Shown: positions 18,891 through 27,817 of the stretch, piece by piece
How the letters are laid out: each line of letters starts with the position of its first letter
How positions within the stretch are numbered: the stretch's first letter is position 1
NCBI GenBank assembly: GCA_040830765.1
Contig: JBFOMH010000013.1
Location: forward strand, 96,001 to 160,000
Reading direction: 5' to 3'
DNA from: Puniceicoccaceae bacterium
GTDB taxonomy: Bacteria > Verrucomicrobiota > Verrucomicrobiia > Opitutales > Oceanipulchritudinaceae
Length of the DNA stretch: 64,000 nucleotides
Notes under the pieces: generated by a model
What the model saw: the letters and a program-made list of their open reading frames with translations, nothing else
Databases searched by the model: none
What the model was told of the DNA's origin: nothing
Program-made: the position numbers and the translations under genes

Positions 18891-20468
18891 TCACCGGCAG
18901 GTACTCCTGAAAAAGACCGGATTGCCGGATACCGTTTGAATGAATGGACTGAAGGGCTGAGGGATGACATCGGTCCATGTCTCCAAGTCGTCACTCCTTT
19001 GCAACCAACCTTCAAACTCGATGTGAACCTGGTTCGCCTCCCCCCGGGAGATGGCGTGACTGGCCTCTAGATTGGGCTGCATTCGCCGGATGATGCCATC
19101 CTGCTTGTTGATAAGATAAATCCGTCCGGGTGTGTTAACACTGAAACGCAGATCCGCACGACTGGTGGTTGAGAGGGAACGCGCGGTTCGCGCCGAATTG
19201 ATGACATCAAGCATGCGCATGGCAGAACCGCCTCCCTCACGGACAAGAACTTCAACAAAGCCATCCTGGCCCCCAACCAAAGGGTCGCTATCGAGGTCGA
19301 GAAGAAAAATAATCCCGGTTGGAAAGTCGGCCGTTAGGAGATTGCCATCCAACCCATCAATGCAGGTGCCCCGGGCCACTTCTCCAATCGTGATCGCCCG
19401 GTTGCTGATAGACGGTTGCGGATCCGTGACAAAATCGACATGTCCATACTCCGCAACGGGATCCGTCAGTCCGGTTGTTGTTCCACCTTCAAGCTCCTGG
19501 CTTCCTTCCCGCACATCCCAACCGTAGTTGGCCCCGTTGGATGCCAGGTTAATTTCCTCGAGCGCATCGTGCCCGATATCAGCAATAAACAAATAACCGG
19601 TGGCGACGTCCCAACCGAACCGCTGCGGATTTCGCAATCCATAGCAAAAAATCTCCGCCAGCGTTCCTGAATCGCCATCGGAGGCAAAAAGATTCTCCGG
19701 GACAATCCCGTATTCTCCGTTGGCACTGTTGCTCCCGAGGGGATTGATCCTGAGGATCGCCCCGTAGGGATTGGCGGGATTCTCGGCGTTCTCGAGCGGG
19801 TCAGCCTCCCCGCCCCCCTGTGCTCCGTCCCCTAGGGCAATGTAAAGATTTCCACGATCGGGATGCCCGGAGGATACACTGCAGTTGAACGCAATCAATC
19901 CTCCAACGTGTCCCCCGAGAGGCTGGTTGATACGCAGTACCTCACGATAGGGATTGGCCAGGTTAGCGGCAACGAAGGTCAGGTCCGCGGGACTATCCGT
20001 CCGCCACTCAAGGAGCAGGGTATGGAAACTGGTCCCCTCTCCAGAGGTAAAATCAGGATCAGGCTCCGTGGCGTTTGAACTGAAGAGGGTATAGAAACGG
20101 CCAAAGCCGGGTTTGCCGGATTTATGAAAGTCTGGATGGAAGGCAAAACTTTGCAAACCATGGAATCCGGCATTGAGGTCGAGCTCGGGATAGTCCCTCA
20201 GGTCGAGATACTCGGTAACACTGCCGCTGTCCTCATCGACGTGAAACAGTGGCCCCCGCAGGTCATTAACAAAAAGGCGACCCATTGGATCCTCCGTCAT
20301 CACCGTACACCGCGGAACCACTCCCGGAGTCGAGTCGGGAACAACAGCGATCTCACTGACCTCCATGACCAATGAGGATAACGGCACCGGCAATGGATAG
20401 ACGTCCGTCGAGGCCCCTGTGTTGAATGCACCCAACAAGCCAGTCAGGAGGAACACGTATCGCTGCAT
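18891..20468 (-). CDS. PQQ-dependent sugar dehydrogenase (GSDH family), secreted, with C-terminal extension
   Basis: GLQSFAFHPDF, LYIALGDG, GAILRINP, YGLRNPQRFGWD, DIGHDALEEIN, NYGW; tail LQRSDDLETWTDV..FFR. Confidence 0.88.
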   Translation of the reverse strand: MQRYVFLLTGLLGAFNTGASTDVYPLPVPLSSLVMEVSEIAVVPDSTPGVVPRCTVMTEDPMGRLFVNDLRGPLFHVDEDSGSVTEYLDLRDYPELDLNAGFHGLQSFAFHPDFHKSGKPGFGRFYTLFSSNATEPDPDFTSGEGTSFHTLLLEWRTDSPADLTFVAANLANPYREVLRINQPLGGHVGGLIAFNCSVSSGHPDRGNLYIALGDGAQGGGEADPLENAENPANPYGAILRINPLGSNSANGEYGIVPENLFASDGDSGTLAEIFCYGLRNPQRFGWDVATGYLFIADIGHDALEEINLASNGANYGWDVREGSQELEGGTTTGLTDPVAEYGHVDFVTDPQPSISNRAITIGEVARGTCIDGLDGNLLTADFPTGIIFLLDLDSDPLVGGQDGFVEVLVREGGGSAMRMLDVINSARTARSLSTTSRADLRFSVNTPGRIYLINKQDGIIRRMQPNLEASHAISRGEANQVHIEFEGWLQRSDDLETWTDVIPQPFSPFIQTVSGNPVFFRSTCR

Positions 20469-20514
20469 GCAACTCTATTAACAGGTCATCCCCTCGCTGG
20501 GCGAGCTTGAATTG

Positions 20515-20778
20515 CTACTGGGGAGCCAACCCCCTCCTGACCAGCTGCTCCTTCTCCGGCTTGCTCAATTGCTTGATCCGCCACTCTTCGCTGGCCGCCT
20601 CGGAGCGGGTTCCCAATTTCATGGAATAAACAAGCTTCAAGGGCAGGCGCCCGCGAACGTATCGGGCTGACTTAGGCCCCTGGGAGCGATGCTCTTCCAG
20701 CCGCCGCTCAACATCGGTTGCGATACCTGTGTACAGGCTATCGTCACCGCAGCGGAGAATGTAGACGTACCAGTCCAC
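20515..20778 (-). CDS. GIY-YIG nuclease family protein (YhbQ/UPF0213-like)
   Basis: YVYILRCGDDSLYTGIATDVERRLEEH..EWRIKQL. Confidence 0.92.
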   Translation of the reverse strand: MDWYVYILRCGDDSLYTGIATDVERRLEEHRSQGPKSARYVRGRLPLKLVYSMKLGTRSEAASEEWRIKQLSKPEKEQLVRRGLAPQ

Positions 20779-20784
20779 CTTCGG

Positions 20785-21132
20785 CTAGCTGCGGGCCCGG
20801 CTGAGCATGAACTGGTTGCCATCGGTGTCTTCACACATTGCCAGATGCGGCGGTTCGCCGTTTTCCGGCTGCGGTTCGCGCTCACACTTGCCGCCGGCAG
20901 CCCTGACCTCGGCTGCCCCGGCAACTACGTCAGCCACCTGGAAGGTCAGTCCGGTCCATGTCTGTTTGCCTTCCCCGCCCCCGTGGATGGCAATGAGTCC
21001 GCCTGCGACCGCCAGTTCGGTAATGTGGGGATTCTGCCGCTCTACCGTGGCCCCGAAAACGGACTGGTAAAACGCTGCCGCCCGGCCGGCATCCGCGGCC
21101 CAGATGGTGTACTTGAGTTTTTCAACCTGCAT
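20785..21132 (-). CDS. VOC/glyoxalase family protein
   Basis: AAAFYQSVFG, LTFQVADV, EDTDGNQFML. Confidence 0.85.
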   Translation of the reverse strand: MQVEKLKYTIWAADAGRAAAFYQSVFGATVERQNPHITELAVAGGLIAIHGGGEGKQTWTGLTFQVADVVAGAAEVRAAGGKCEREPQPENGEPPHLAMCEDTDGNQFMLSRARS

Positions 21133-21147
21133 GGCTCTACCTGGCAG

Positions 21148-22224
21148 TTACCTTTCCAGTTTCATAAGGGCGTTACCCAGACCGGAGGCATAAACGATGC
21201 CCCTTTCCTCGTCGAGGATCATCCCGGTCATGAGCCCCGGGGCAGGGGCAGACAGTTCGGGCAGGGCAAGATCCGCCCAGGACACGCCATTGGCGAGGCG
21301 TTCGTTGATTTGCCCGATCAACAACTCGCTCTCTTGTGTTGAAATTCTGAATACAGATTCCGATTCGCCAGTTGCCGGATCAAAGACGACAATTTCGCTT
21401 CTTAACGGGCAGGCAATCCAGAGGCGACCCTCCTCGTCAAGGTCGAGATTGTCCGGGACGTTGATCTCAACGGCCTTTGTCCGTCCGGAAGCTTTCCCGG
21501 AATGGAAATCAACGTCAAAGCGCCACACGCAACTGCCAAGAGACTCCGCGACATAGAGCAGGCCACCCGCCTCATCCAACACCAGCCCGTTGGCAAAGAC
21601 AAAATCATCTGCCAGGTAGACCGCCTTGCGCTCGACCTCCGCACCTTCCGGTGGAACGTAGCAGACGGCCCCATCCGGCCGGCCCACCCAGACACTATCC
21701 CACAGCCCGGAGGAATTCTGCTCAGGCCGGTTGCGGGTCGACTGGGTAAACCAGATGCCGCCATGGCTGTCGTAACGGGCCATATTCACTCCGAATTCAT
21801 GCTGGTAGACCTTGCGAGTGGCCTCGGTGGCAATCTCCACTGCATAAATACCTCCGCGAAAGACATCAGCCACGAGGAGGTGCGTCCCGGCAGGATTCAT
21901 CGTCACCCCATTGGCGCAGCCCTCCGTTTCGGGGGGATTATGGACATAGCCCGCCTCTGCCATTTTTCCAAACGGTCGGTTACTGCCGTCCTGGTTCACC
22001 AGTCGCAATCCTGTGGCCTGGTCCGTGACAACGAGGCGGCCATCGGGCAAAACCACCCCATCCTCCGGTCGGTTCAAGGATCGGTCAGCAGGAAAGATCT
22101 CCGCATTCTCGAAAGTCCACTGTGGTAAAGCGGAAACCGGTTGCGGATTTTCACAGGTGCAACCGGAGAACAGAATGAAGGTGCACAGTGGCAGGCAGGC
22201 AATGAAGGATTTGCTCAAGGTCAT
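21148..22224 (-). CDS. SMP-30/gluconolactonase family propeller, probable lipoprotein
   Basis: LFSGC lipobox-like; RPEDG, FANGLVLD, LYVAES, PDNLDLDEEGRLWIA. Confidence 0.85.
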   Translation of the reverse strand: MTLSKSFIACLPLCTFILFSGCTCENPQPVSALPQWTFENAEIFPADRSLNRPEDGVVLPDGRLVVTDQATGLRLVNQDGSNRPFGKMAEAGYVHNPPETEGCANGVTMNPAGTHLLVADVFRGGIYAVEIATEATRKVYQHEFGVNMARYDSHGGIWFTQSTRNRPEQNSSGLWDSVWVGRPDGAVCYVPPEGAEVERKAVYLADDFVFANGLVLDEAGGLLYVAESLGSCVWRFDVDFHSGKASGRTKAVEINVPDNLDLDEEGRLWIACPLRSEIVVFDPATGESESVFRISTQESELLIGQINERLANGVSWADLALPELSAPAPGLMTGMILDEERGIVYASGLGNALMKLER

Positions 22225-22349
22225 TCCGCATAATCAAAAATGCAGGAGCAGCAGGCAATGGAAAATGCATATCCCGATTCCCCCTTGGCAAAAATCCCGG
22301 GACGGTTCACGATGTGGAGAACAACAAGAATACAACGGGGGCAGGAAGC

Positions 22350-23570
22350 ATGAGTGAAGTCATAATCATCGGGGCCGGCATGAGCGGATTATCCTGTGCC
22401 TGTACACTCCAGGCTGCAGGCAGAAAGGTAACCGTGCTTGAGGCTGCGGATCACATCGGCGGACGTGTGGCCACAGACGAACTGGGCGGCTTCCGCTTTG
22501 ATCGTGGGTTCCAGGTCCTGCTGACGGCCTATCCGGAGGCACAAAATCAACTGGATTATAAGGCCCTCGATCTGAAGACCATCTATCCCGGTGCCTTGGT
22601 CCGCTACAACCGTCGCTGGCACCGGACGGCAGACCCCTTCCGACGTCCCTTGGCAGGCCTGTTCAGTTGTCTTAATCCCATCGGTAGCCTGAAGGACAAG
22701 TTGCTCCTCGGCCAGATGCGGCTCAAGGGATTCGATTTCTCGCGTCATCCTGACTCGCGGACTGCCCTGGAGACCTTGAGAGCCGAAGGTTTCAGCGACT
22801 CGATGATTGAGCGCTTTTTCCGTCCCTTCCTTGGGGGCATTTTCCTCGAAACCGGGTTGAAGACCAGTGTCCGTAAAATGGAGGATGTCCTGAGAAATTT
22901 CGCCAGGGGCTCCGCGGCTGTACCGGCTAACGGCATGGGCGAGATTCCTGCGCAATTGGCTGCCTGCCTCCCGGATGGCACAATTCGGACTGGCTTACGG
23001 GTTCTGGACTGCAAACCGGGGCATGTTCAGCTCGATGATGGAACACACATGGAGGCCGGTGCGGTTGTCATCGCCACGGATGTCCGGGCTGCACAGCACC
23101 TGCTGGGACACGAGGGGCCTCAAGCAAAAGTGAATAAGGTCGTCAGTCTCTATTTTGACGCCCCGGATCCACCTCCAACCAAGGCCATGCTTGTCCTCAA
23201 CGGGGACAAGCGCGGACCGATCAACAATCTCATCAACCTGAGTGCGGTCAGCCCCGCCTATGCTCCCGAAGGACGACACTTGATTTCCGTCAGTGTCGTT
23301 GATCCCATTGCCGCTGGGGCCGATGACCTGGTCGACCGTGTCAGGCAGCAGCTGGATGTGTGGTTCGGCCCGGAAGCCAGCCTTTGGCGGCACCTGCGGA
23401 CCTACCACATACCCGAGGCCGTCCCGGCCAAGCCGGTTGTCCCCGCCATCCATCCCCGCATCGAGAAGGGCTTGTATGCCTGCGGCGACTACAGCGGGGT
23501 GGCTTCTCTCAATACCGCCATGGTAAGCGGGAGGCAGGCGGCGGAGGCGGTGCTGGAGGAGATGGACTGA
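22350..23570 (+). CDS. FAD-dependent oxidoreductase, amine oxidase/protoporphyrinogen oxidase superfamily
   Basis: IIGAGMSGL, EAADHIGGRV, FDRGFQVLLTAYPE, ACGDY..AMVSGRQAAE. Confidence 0.9.
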   Translation: MSEVIIIGAGMSGLSCACTLQAAGRKVTVLEAADHIGGRVATDELGGFRFDRGFQVLLTAYPEAQNQLDYKALDLKTIYPGALVRYNRRWHRTADPFRRPLAGLFSCLNPIGSLKDKLLLGQMRLKGFDFSRHPDSRTALETLRAEGFSDSMIERFFRPFLGGIFLETGLKTSVRKMEDVLRNFARGSAAVPANGMGEIPAQLAACLPDGTIRTGLRVLDCKPGHVQLDDGTHMEAGAVVIATDVRAAQHLLGHEGPQAKVNKVVSLYFDAPDPPPTKAMLVLNGDKRGPINNLINLSAVSPAYAPEGRHLISVSVVDPIAAGADDLVDRVRQQLDVWFGPEASLWRHLRTYHIPEAVPAKPVVPAIHPRIEKGLYACGDYSGVASLNTAMVSGRQAAEAVLEEMD

Positions 23571-23617
23571 GGAGGCATTAAGTCCAGGTTGCCATAGTCT
23601 TTGGAAGGGCAATTCGA

Positions 23618-23646
23618 TTGACCTTGATATTCCAATTGGCTACAAT
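23618..23646 (+). promoter_or_regulatory. Sigma70-type promoter
   Basis: TTGACC-N17-TACAAT, 9 nt before ATG 23656. Confidence 0.7.
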
Positions 23647-23655
23647 CCGAGCATC

Positions 23656-24522
23656 ATGAAATGGAGCATTATGGGGATATGCTCCCTTATGTTGGTGGGC
23701 TTGACGGGATGCGACGTCGATTCCGATTCGAGCACGTCGTCACAACCACGGCAACGCGCGCCAGTGGCGAAGTTCAAGCAGGTGCATCCGATCGAGGAAA
23801 CAGCCAACGGTGTGGAAGTACCGTTAAGCCAAAAAAGGGAAATAATTTCATTTATTGAAGCTGGTATTGCGCAAGCAAAGGCCAAAGGAACTGACGATCT
23901 GGCCCAGCGGGAACGGATCCTGCGGGATGCAGCAAGGCGATTCGGGATCGACCAGGAAACCGTGGAAACAATCCACAGCCAGATGTCCGCGGTTGAAACC
24001 GACCCGGGGAAGTCCGGGACTGGAGGTGTTTACGAGGAGTCGGTGGCCTCCGACATGCTATTGGCCGAGCAAGGGGACGCTGCTGCCCAGTATCGCCTGG
24101 GGATGCGCTACATGGTTGGCGAAGGTTTGCCCCAGGACTTTGCCATGGCGGCGCAGTGGCTCAACCTGGCCGCTGAACAGGGGCATGTGGAGGCAGCCTA
24201 CCGGCTTGGCCTGTGTTACAAGGATGGTCTTGGCGTCAGTCTGGATCCCTTGGTGGCCCTTCACTGGTGGCGCTACGCGGCCGAGCAATACCACGTAGAC
24301 GCGCAGGATGAATTGGCCAATGCTTACTTTGTCGGATTCGGGGCAAGGCGCGATGTGGTCACCGCCGGGATGTGGTCGATCATCGCCACTACCTTGGAAC
24401 CGGACAATCCCGCCTGCCGGATGACCCGTCAGGCCATTGCCAACGAGCTGACTTATCTCGAAGAGGAGCAGGCCAGGGAACGGGCCAGCATGTGGCTTTC
24501 ATCCGTGCCGCCGGGTGGTTAG
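23656..24522 (+). CDS. Sel1-repeat lipoprotein
   Basis: LTGC lipobox; AEQGDAAAQYRLG..YMVGEGLPQD, AAEQGHVEAAYRLG..GLGV repeats. Confidence 0.88.
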   Translation: MKWSIMGICSLMLVGLTGCDVDSDSSTSSQPRQRAPVAKFKQVHPIEETANGVEVPLSQKREIISFIEAGIAQAKAKGTDDLAQRERILRDAARRFGIDQETVETIHSQMSAVETDPGKSGTGGVYEESVASDMLLAEQGDAAAQYRLGMRYMVGEGLPQDFAMAAQWLNLAAEQGHVEAAYRLGLCYKDGLGVSLDPLVALHWWRYAAEQYHVDAQDELANAYFVGFGARRDVVTAGMWSIIATTLEPDNPACRMTRQAIANELTYLEEEQARERASMWLSSVPPGG

Positions 24523-24548
24523 CACTCCCGAACAGGAGGGGAAGGGCT

Positions 24549-25304
24549 TTAATCCGAAGGCAGTTCCTTGACCCGCATTCCGCGAAAGAGGATGGTCCCC
24601 TGCTTTCCGGAATGAGATTGGAGGGCGAAGAATCCTGAAGGGAACTCATCGAGTATCACCTTTCCGGCAGGAATGCCGTTGATCCAGGTCATCAGCAAAT
24701 CGCCCCTGGCATAAATCGTGACCCGGTTCCAATTATCATAATCCACGGCCTCGCGAACAGCCTTGTGCGCATCCAGCCAGAGGGGATACCAGTAGCCCCC
24801 ACAGCTCTGGCCGTAAATGCCGCCCGACCAGCCGCGGATGCGGGATTCCTCCTCCATCTCAAATTGAGGACCGTAGACCACCTCCTTGCCATCCTCCGTG
24901 CGGACGCCTGAACGAAACTGGATACCGGTATTGGCGTCGACAACATACTTCACTTCGCAGGTGAAGATAAAGTCGGTGTAATCGTCCTTCACAGTTGTCA
25001 GGTAAGTACTGGGGGAGCCGGGAACACAAATTGCCTGGATCCATTCCCCCTTGGCCTCAAACAAATGCTCGCCGCCGCGGACCACCCAACCGTCAAGGTT
25101 CCGGCCGTTGTACAATTCGACAAAGCCGGTTTCCAGATCAGCCGGTTCAGGCGCCGTGTTGAGGAGCATCTCCTCCGGATCCGGCGCATTCGCCTGTTTG
25201 CTGTACCTCGGATACCAGTCCTTCATCTGGTCCTCCGAAACCGTGTTTATCCCCCAACCGGTCAGCGCTCCCAGCAGGAACAAGGCAAGTGTCATGGTCT
25301 TCAT
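24549..25304 (-). CDS. DUF1080 (3-keto-disaccharide hydrolase family) protein
   Basis: LYNGRNLDGW, ANTGIQFRS, SGGIYG, WNRVTI, GFFALQSH, FRGMRVKEL; start at 25304 inferred. Confidence 0.9.
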   Translation of the reverse strand: MKTMTLALFLLGALTGWGINTVSEDQMKDWYPRYSKQANAPDPEEMLLNTAPEPADLETGFVELYNGRNLDGWVVRGGEHLFEAKGEWIQAICVPGSPSTYLTTVKDDYTDFIFTCEVKYVVDANTGIQFRSGVRTEDGKEVVYGPQFEMEEESRIRGWSGGIYGQSCGGYWYPLWLDAHKAVREAVDYDNWNRVTIYARGDLLMTWINGIPAGKVILDEFPSGFFALQSHSGKQGTILFRGMRVKELPSD

Positions 25305-25649
25305 GGAACCAACGATTACGACTTCCTCGGCAAATGGCAAGGGGTCAACCCTTGGAATTTGGCCTTCCGGTCGAACCCAGAAAGGAGAAGGACTCGTCCG
25401 CGATATCCAGTGATGCCTTGGGTGCGTTGTGCGGCTTGCCGCTACGGCAGGGCTAGACGAAGCATGGGCCTGTTGCTGGTGCTATGCGTCGGGGTTAATC
25501 CGTATGGATTAGACGCGGATCCATTAAGTTGATGTATTAGCACTGCTATTCTGCGTAATTAGGATTGCTAAACCGGGACTTCGTCGTTTAATCAGGCATT
25601 CCCCGGATCAAATATAATGGCCATCAACGACAAAGGGAGAAGAACAAGG

Positions 25650-26933
25650 ATGCAAAAAGCGAAAGTGACAATTTGTGGACTGGCATGGGGAATCCTGCTT
25701 GGGGCAACGCCTGTCAATGCCAACTACCTGCAAGGGCTGGGCACTCTTGCCAATGCGCCAGTCCGATTCACTGAAGCAACGGCTATTTCGGCAGATGGCT
25801 CTGTGGTTGTGGGGAAGACCGTTCAAGCTGATGGGTCGGAATTCGGGAGCGAAATTGCCTACTGGTGGAAGAACGGCGTGGGCATGCACAGCCTCGGTGA
25901 AATTCCCCAGGATCTAAAAACATTTAACGCCACCGCGGTTTCGGGAGATGGCACAATCGTTGCCGGAATCAGCGTTACCGGAGACGTCTTTTTAGCGCGG
26001 GTGGATGTGAACGGGATGGTAACCGACGGAAATTCCGTCACCGGGATGCGCTTTGCCGGGGCCATATCTGCAGATGGAAAAACAATTGTTGGCGCCAGCG
26101 GATCATTTCCCACGACAGCGGAAACGCGCATCATTCGCAACCTCGATGCGGCAAATCCACTAACCGCGGTACCGATTGTCGTAGAGGAATTAAATGACCA
26201 GAATGAATTGGTTAATGTGAATGTCCAAGGCGTTGCAACAGCCACCAACAGTGACGGCTCAGTTATTGTTGGATACCGGGGTAGCGAGGCCTTCCGTATT
26301 GAGAACAATACTGAGGTGACGATTGAGAAGGACTCCACAGACCAAGGCCTTGGCCCTGTCGGGGTCAGTGACGACGGATTGATTGTTGCCGGGACGCGGT
26401 CAACGTCGGAATTCCTGAGCATGCCTTTCGTGTGGAAGAAAGGTGAGCTCAATATACGGGAATTGTCCACCGGTGCATACACCCAGGTCGTTGCAAGGGG
26501 CCTTTCCGGTGATGGAAAAACCATTCTCGGCGAAGGTCGGGATGCCTTTTCCCGGAAACGCGCCCTGCTGTGGCTGGATGATGATGGGGACGGGAATTAC
26601 GCAGGTCCGGGAGAAGTCCTTTTCACTGGGACAAACACGTCAGGGAATTTCCAGATTCAAACAGTTGCCGGCCTGAGTGCCGATGGAAAATTCGCTGCCG
26701 GCTGGGGTACCGAATCCGGGGCCCGGGTTGCCTTCCGCATCGTTTTTGATGCCACAATATGGGCCCGTTACCTGGCCCATTCAGATGGAGTGAACGTAGA
26801 TACGGGCGATTTTCTTGGCTGGATAAACATCAGTTCCCCACCATGGGTTTATGTGTATAGCCTGGATAACTACGTCTATCTGCCGGAGGAATTTGTCCAG
26901 GACAGCGGCGCCTGGGTCTGGATCGGGCCCTGA
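25650..26933 (+). CDS. Secreted HAF-type repeat (propeller) protein with C-terminal Trp-rich module
   Basis: Signal peptide; repeated A(I/V)S(A/G)DG(S/K/T)(V/I)VG; tail DTGDFLGWINISSPPWVYVYSL. Confidence 0.82.
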   Translation: MQKAKVTICGLAWGILLGATPVNANYLQGLGTLANAPVRFTEATAISADGSVVVGKTVQADGSEFGSEIAYWWKNGVGMHSLGEIPQDLKTFNATAVSGDGTIVAGISVTGDVFLARVDVNGMVTDGNSVTGMRFAGAISADGKTIVGASGSFPTTAETRIIRNLDAANPLTAVPIVVEELNDQNELVNVNVQGVATATNSDGSVIVGYRGSEAFRIENNTEVTIEKDSTDQGLGPVGVSDDGLIVAGTRSTSEFLSMPFVWKKGELNIRELSTGAYTQVVARGLSGDGKTILGEGRDAFSRKRALLWLDDDGDGNYAGPGEVLFTGTNTSGNFQIQTVAGLSADGKFAAGWGTESGARVAFRIVFDATIWARYLAHSDGVNVDTGDFLGWINISSPPWVYVYSLDNYVYLPEEFVQDSGAWVWIGP

Positions 26934-26937
26934 GCCC

Positions 26938-27744
26938 CTACTCCACCAGGCGCATCGTCTGGAGGTTCTTTTCCCGGATCTCATCTGCCCGGGCAATGAG
27001 GTCGTCGAGGTCATGGGCCGAGGCGTGGATATAGCGCCCGGACAACTTGTCCGCCTTGCCCGAGGCCAGGGCGAGGCAAAGCTCGGCTGACTTCTCGATG
27101 GGCGTCCATTCCGCCTTGGCGACGAACTCATCCGGTATTTCGCGGGTCATCTCGGTCTTGACCAGTCCGGGGCTGATGGTGAAGACGGATATTCCCTGCT
27201 CATGGAGGGCCTCGGCCAGGTTATCCCCCAGCCGGATAAGGGCCGCCTTGCTGCAACCATAGGCCGATTTCATTGGGAAGGGCCAAAAGGCCATATTGCT
27301 TCCGACCATGATGATGCGGCCGGTCTTTCGCTTGATCATCCCAGGTATGACCGCCTTGGCACAAAGGTAAGGTCCGCGGAGGTTGACTTCAAAGGTCTGC
27401 CACCAATCTGCCGATTCAACCTCCCAGGGCATCCCGTCAGGACCTGACGTGCCCGCGTTGTTAACCAGCAGGTCGACATGTCCATAGGTGGACTCTATGG
27501 TCGCGAAGGTGGCCTTGATGGCAGCTTCGTCACTGACGTCGAGGGCCATGCTGCTGCACCGGCCGCCGGTTGCTCGAATTAACTGGCAAGTTTCCTCCAA
27601 CTGGGCGACTGTCCGCGCAGTCACGACCACGCGTGCCCCGGCAGCCGCCAGCTGACGGGCCACCTCTCGCCCAATTCCCCGGCCGCCGCCGGTAACCACG
27701 GCCACCTGGCCACTCAACAAGTTGTTACCCATGTTCTCAGTCAT
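26938..27744 (-). CDS. Short-chain dehydrogenase/reductase
   Basis: TGGGRGIG, NNAG, YGCSK (YxxxK), ISPGLVKT. Confidence 0.93.
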   Translation of the reverse strand: MTENMGNNLLSGQVAVVTGGGRGIGREVARQLAAAGARVVVTARTVAQLEETCQLIRATGGRCSSMALDVSDEAAIKATFATIESTYGHVDLLVNNAGTSGPDGMPWEVESADWWQTFEVNLRGPYLCAKAVIPGMIKRKTGRIIMVGSNMAFWPFPMKSAYGCSKAALIRLGDNLAEALHEQGISVFTISPGLVKTEMTREIPDEFVAKAEWTPIEKSAELCLALASGKADKLSGRYIHASAHDLDDLIARADEIREKNLQTMRLVE

Positions 27745-27817
27745 GGCTGCAGTTTACAGGTTCTGGCACAAGGTACCAGCACTTTGCATGACGAATTGCT
27801 GTGACAGGAGAGGTCTC

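Noticed and set aside
20515..20778. GIY-YIG gene as a homing endonuclease or mobile element
   Set aside because: An 87-aa stand-alone YhbQ-type protein with no DNA-binding extension, intron or flanking repeats.
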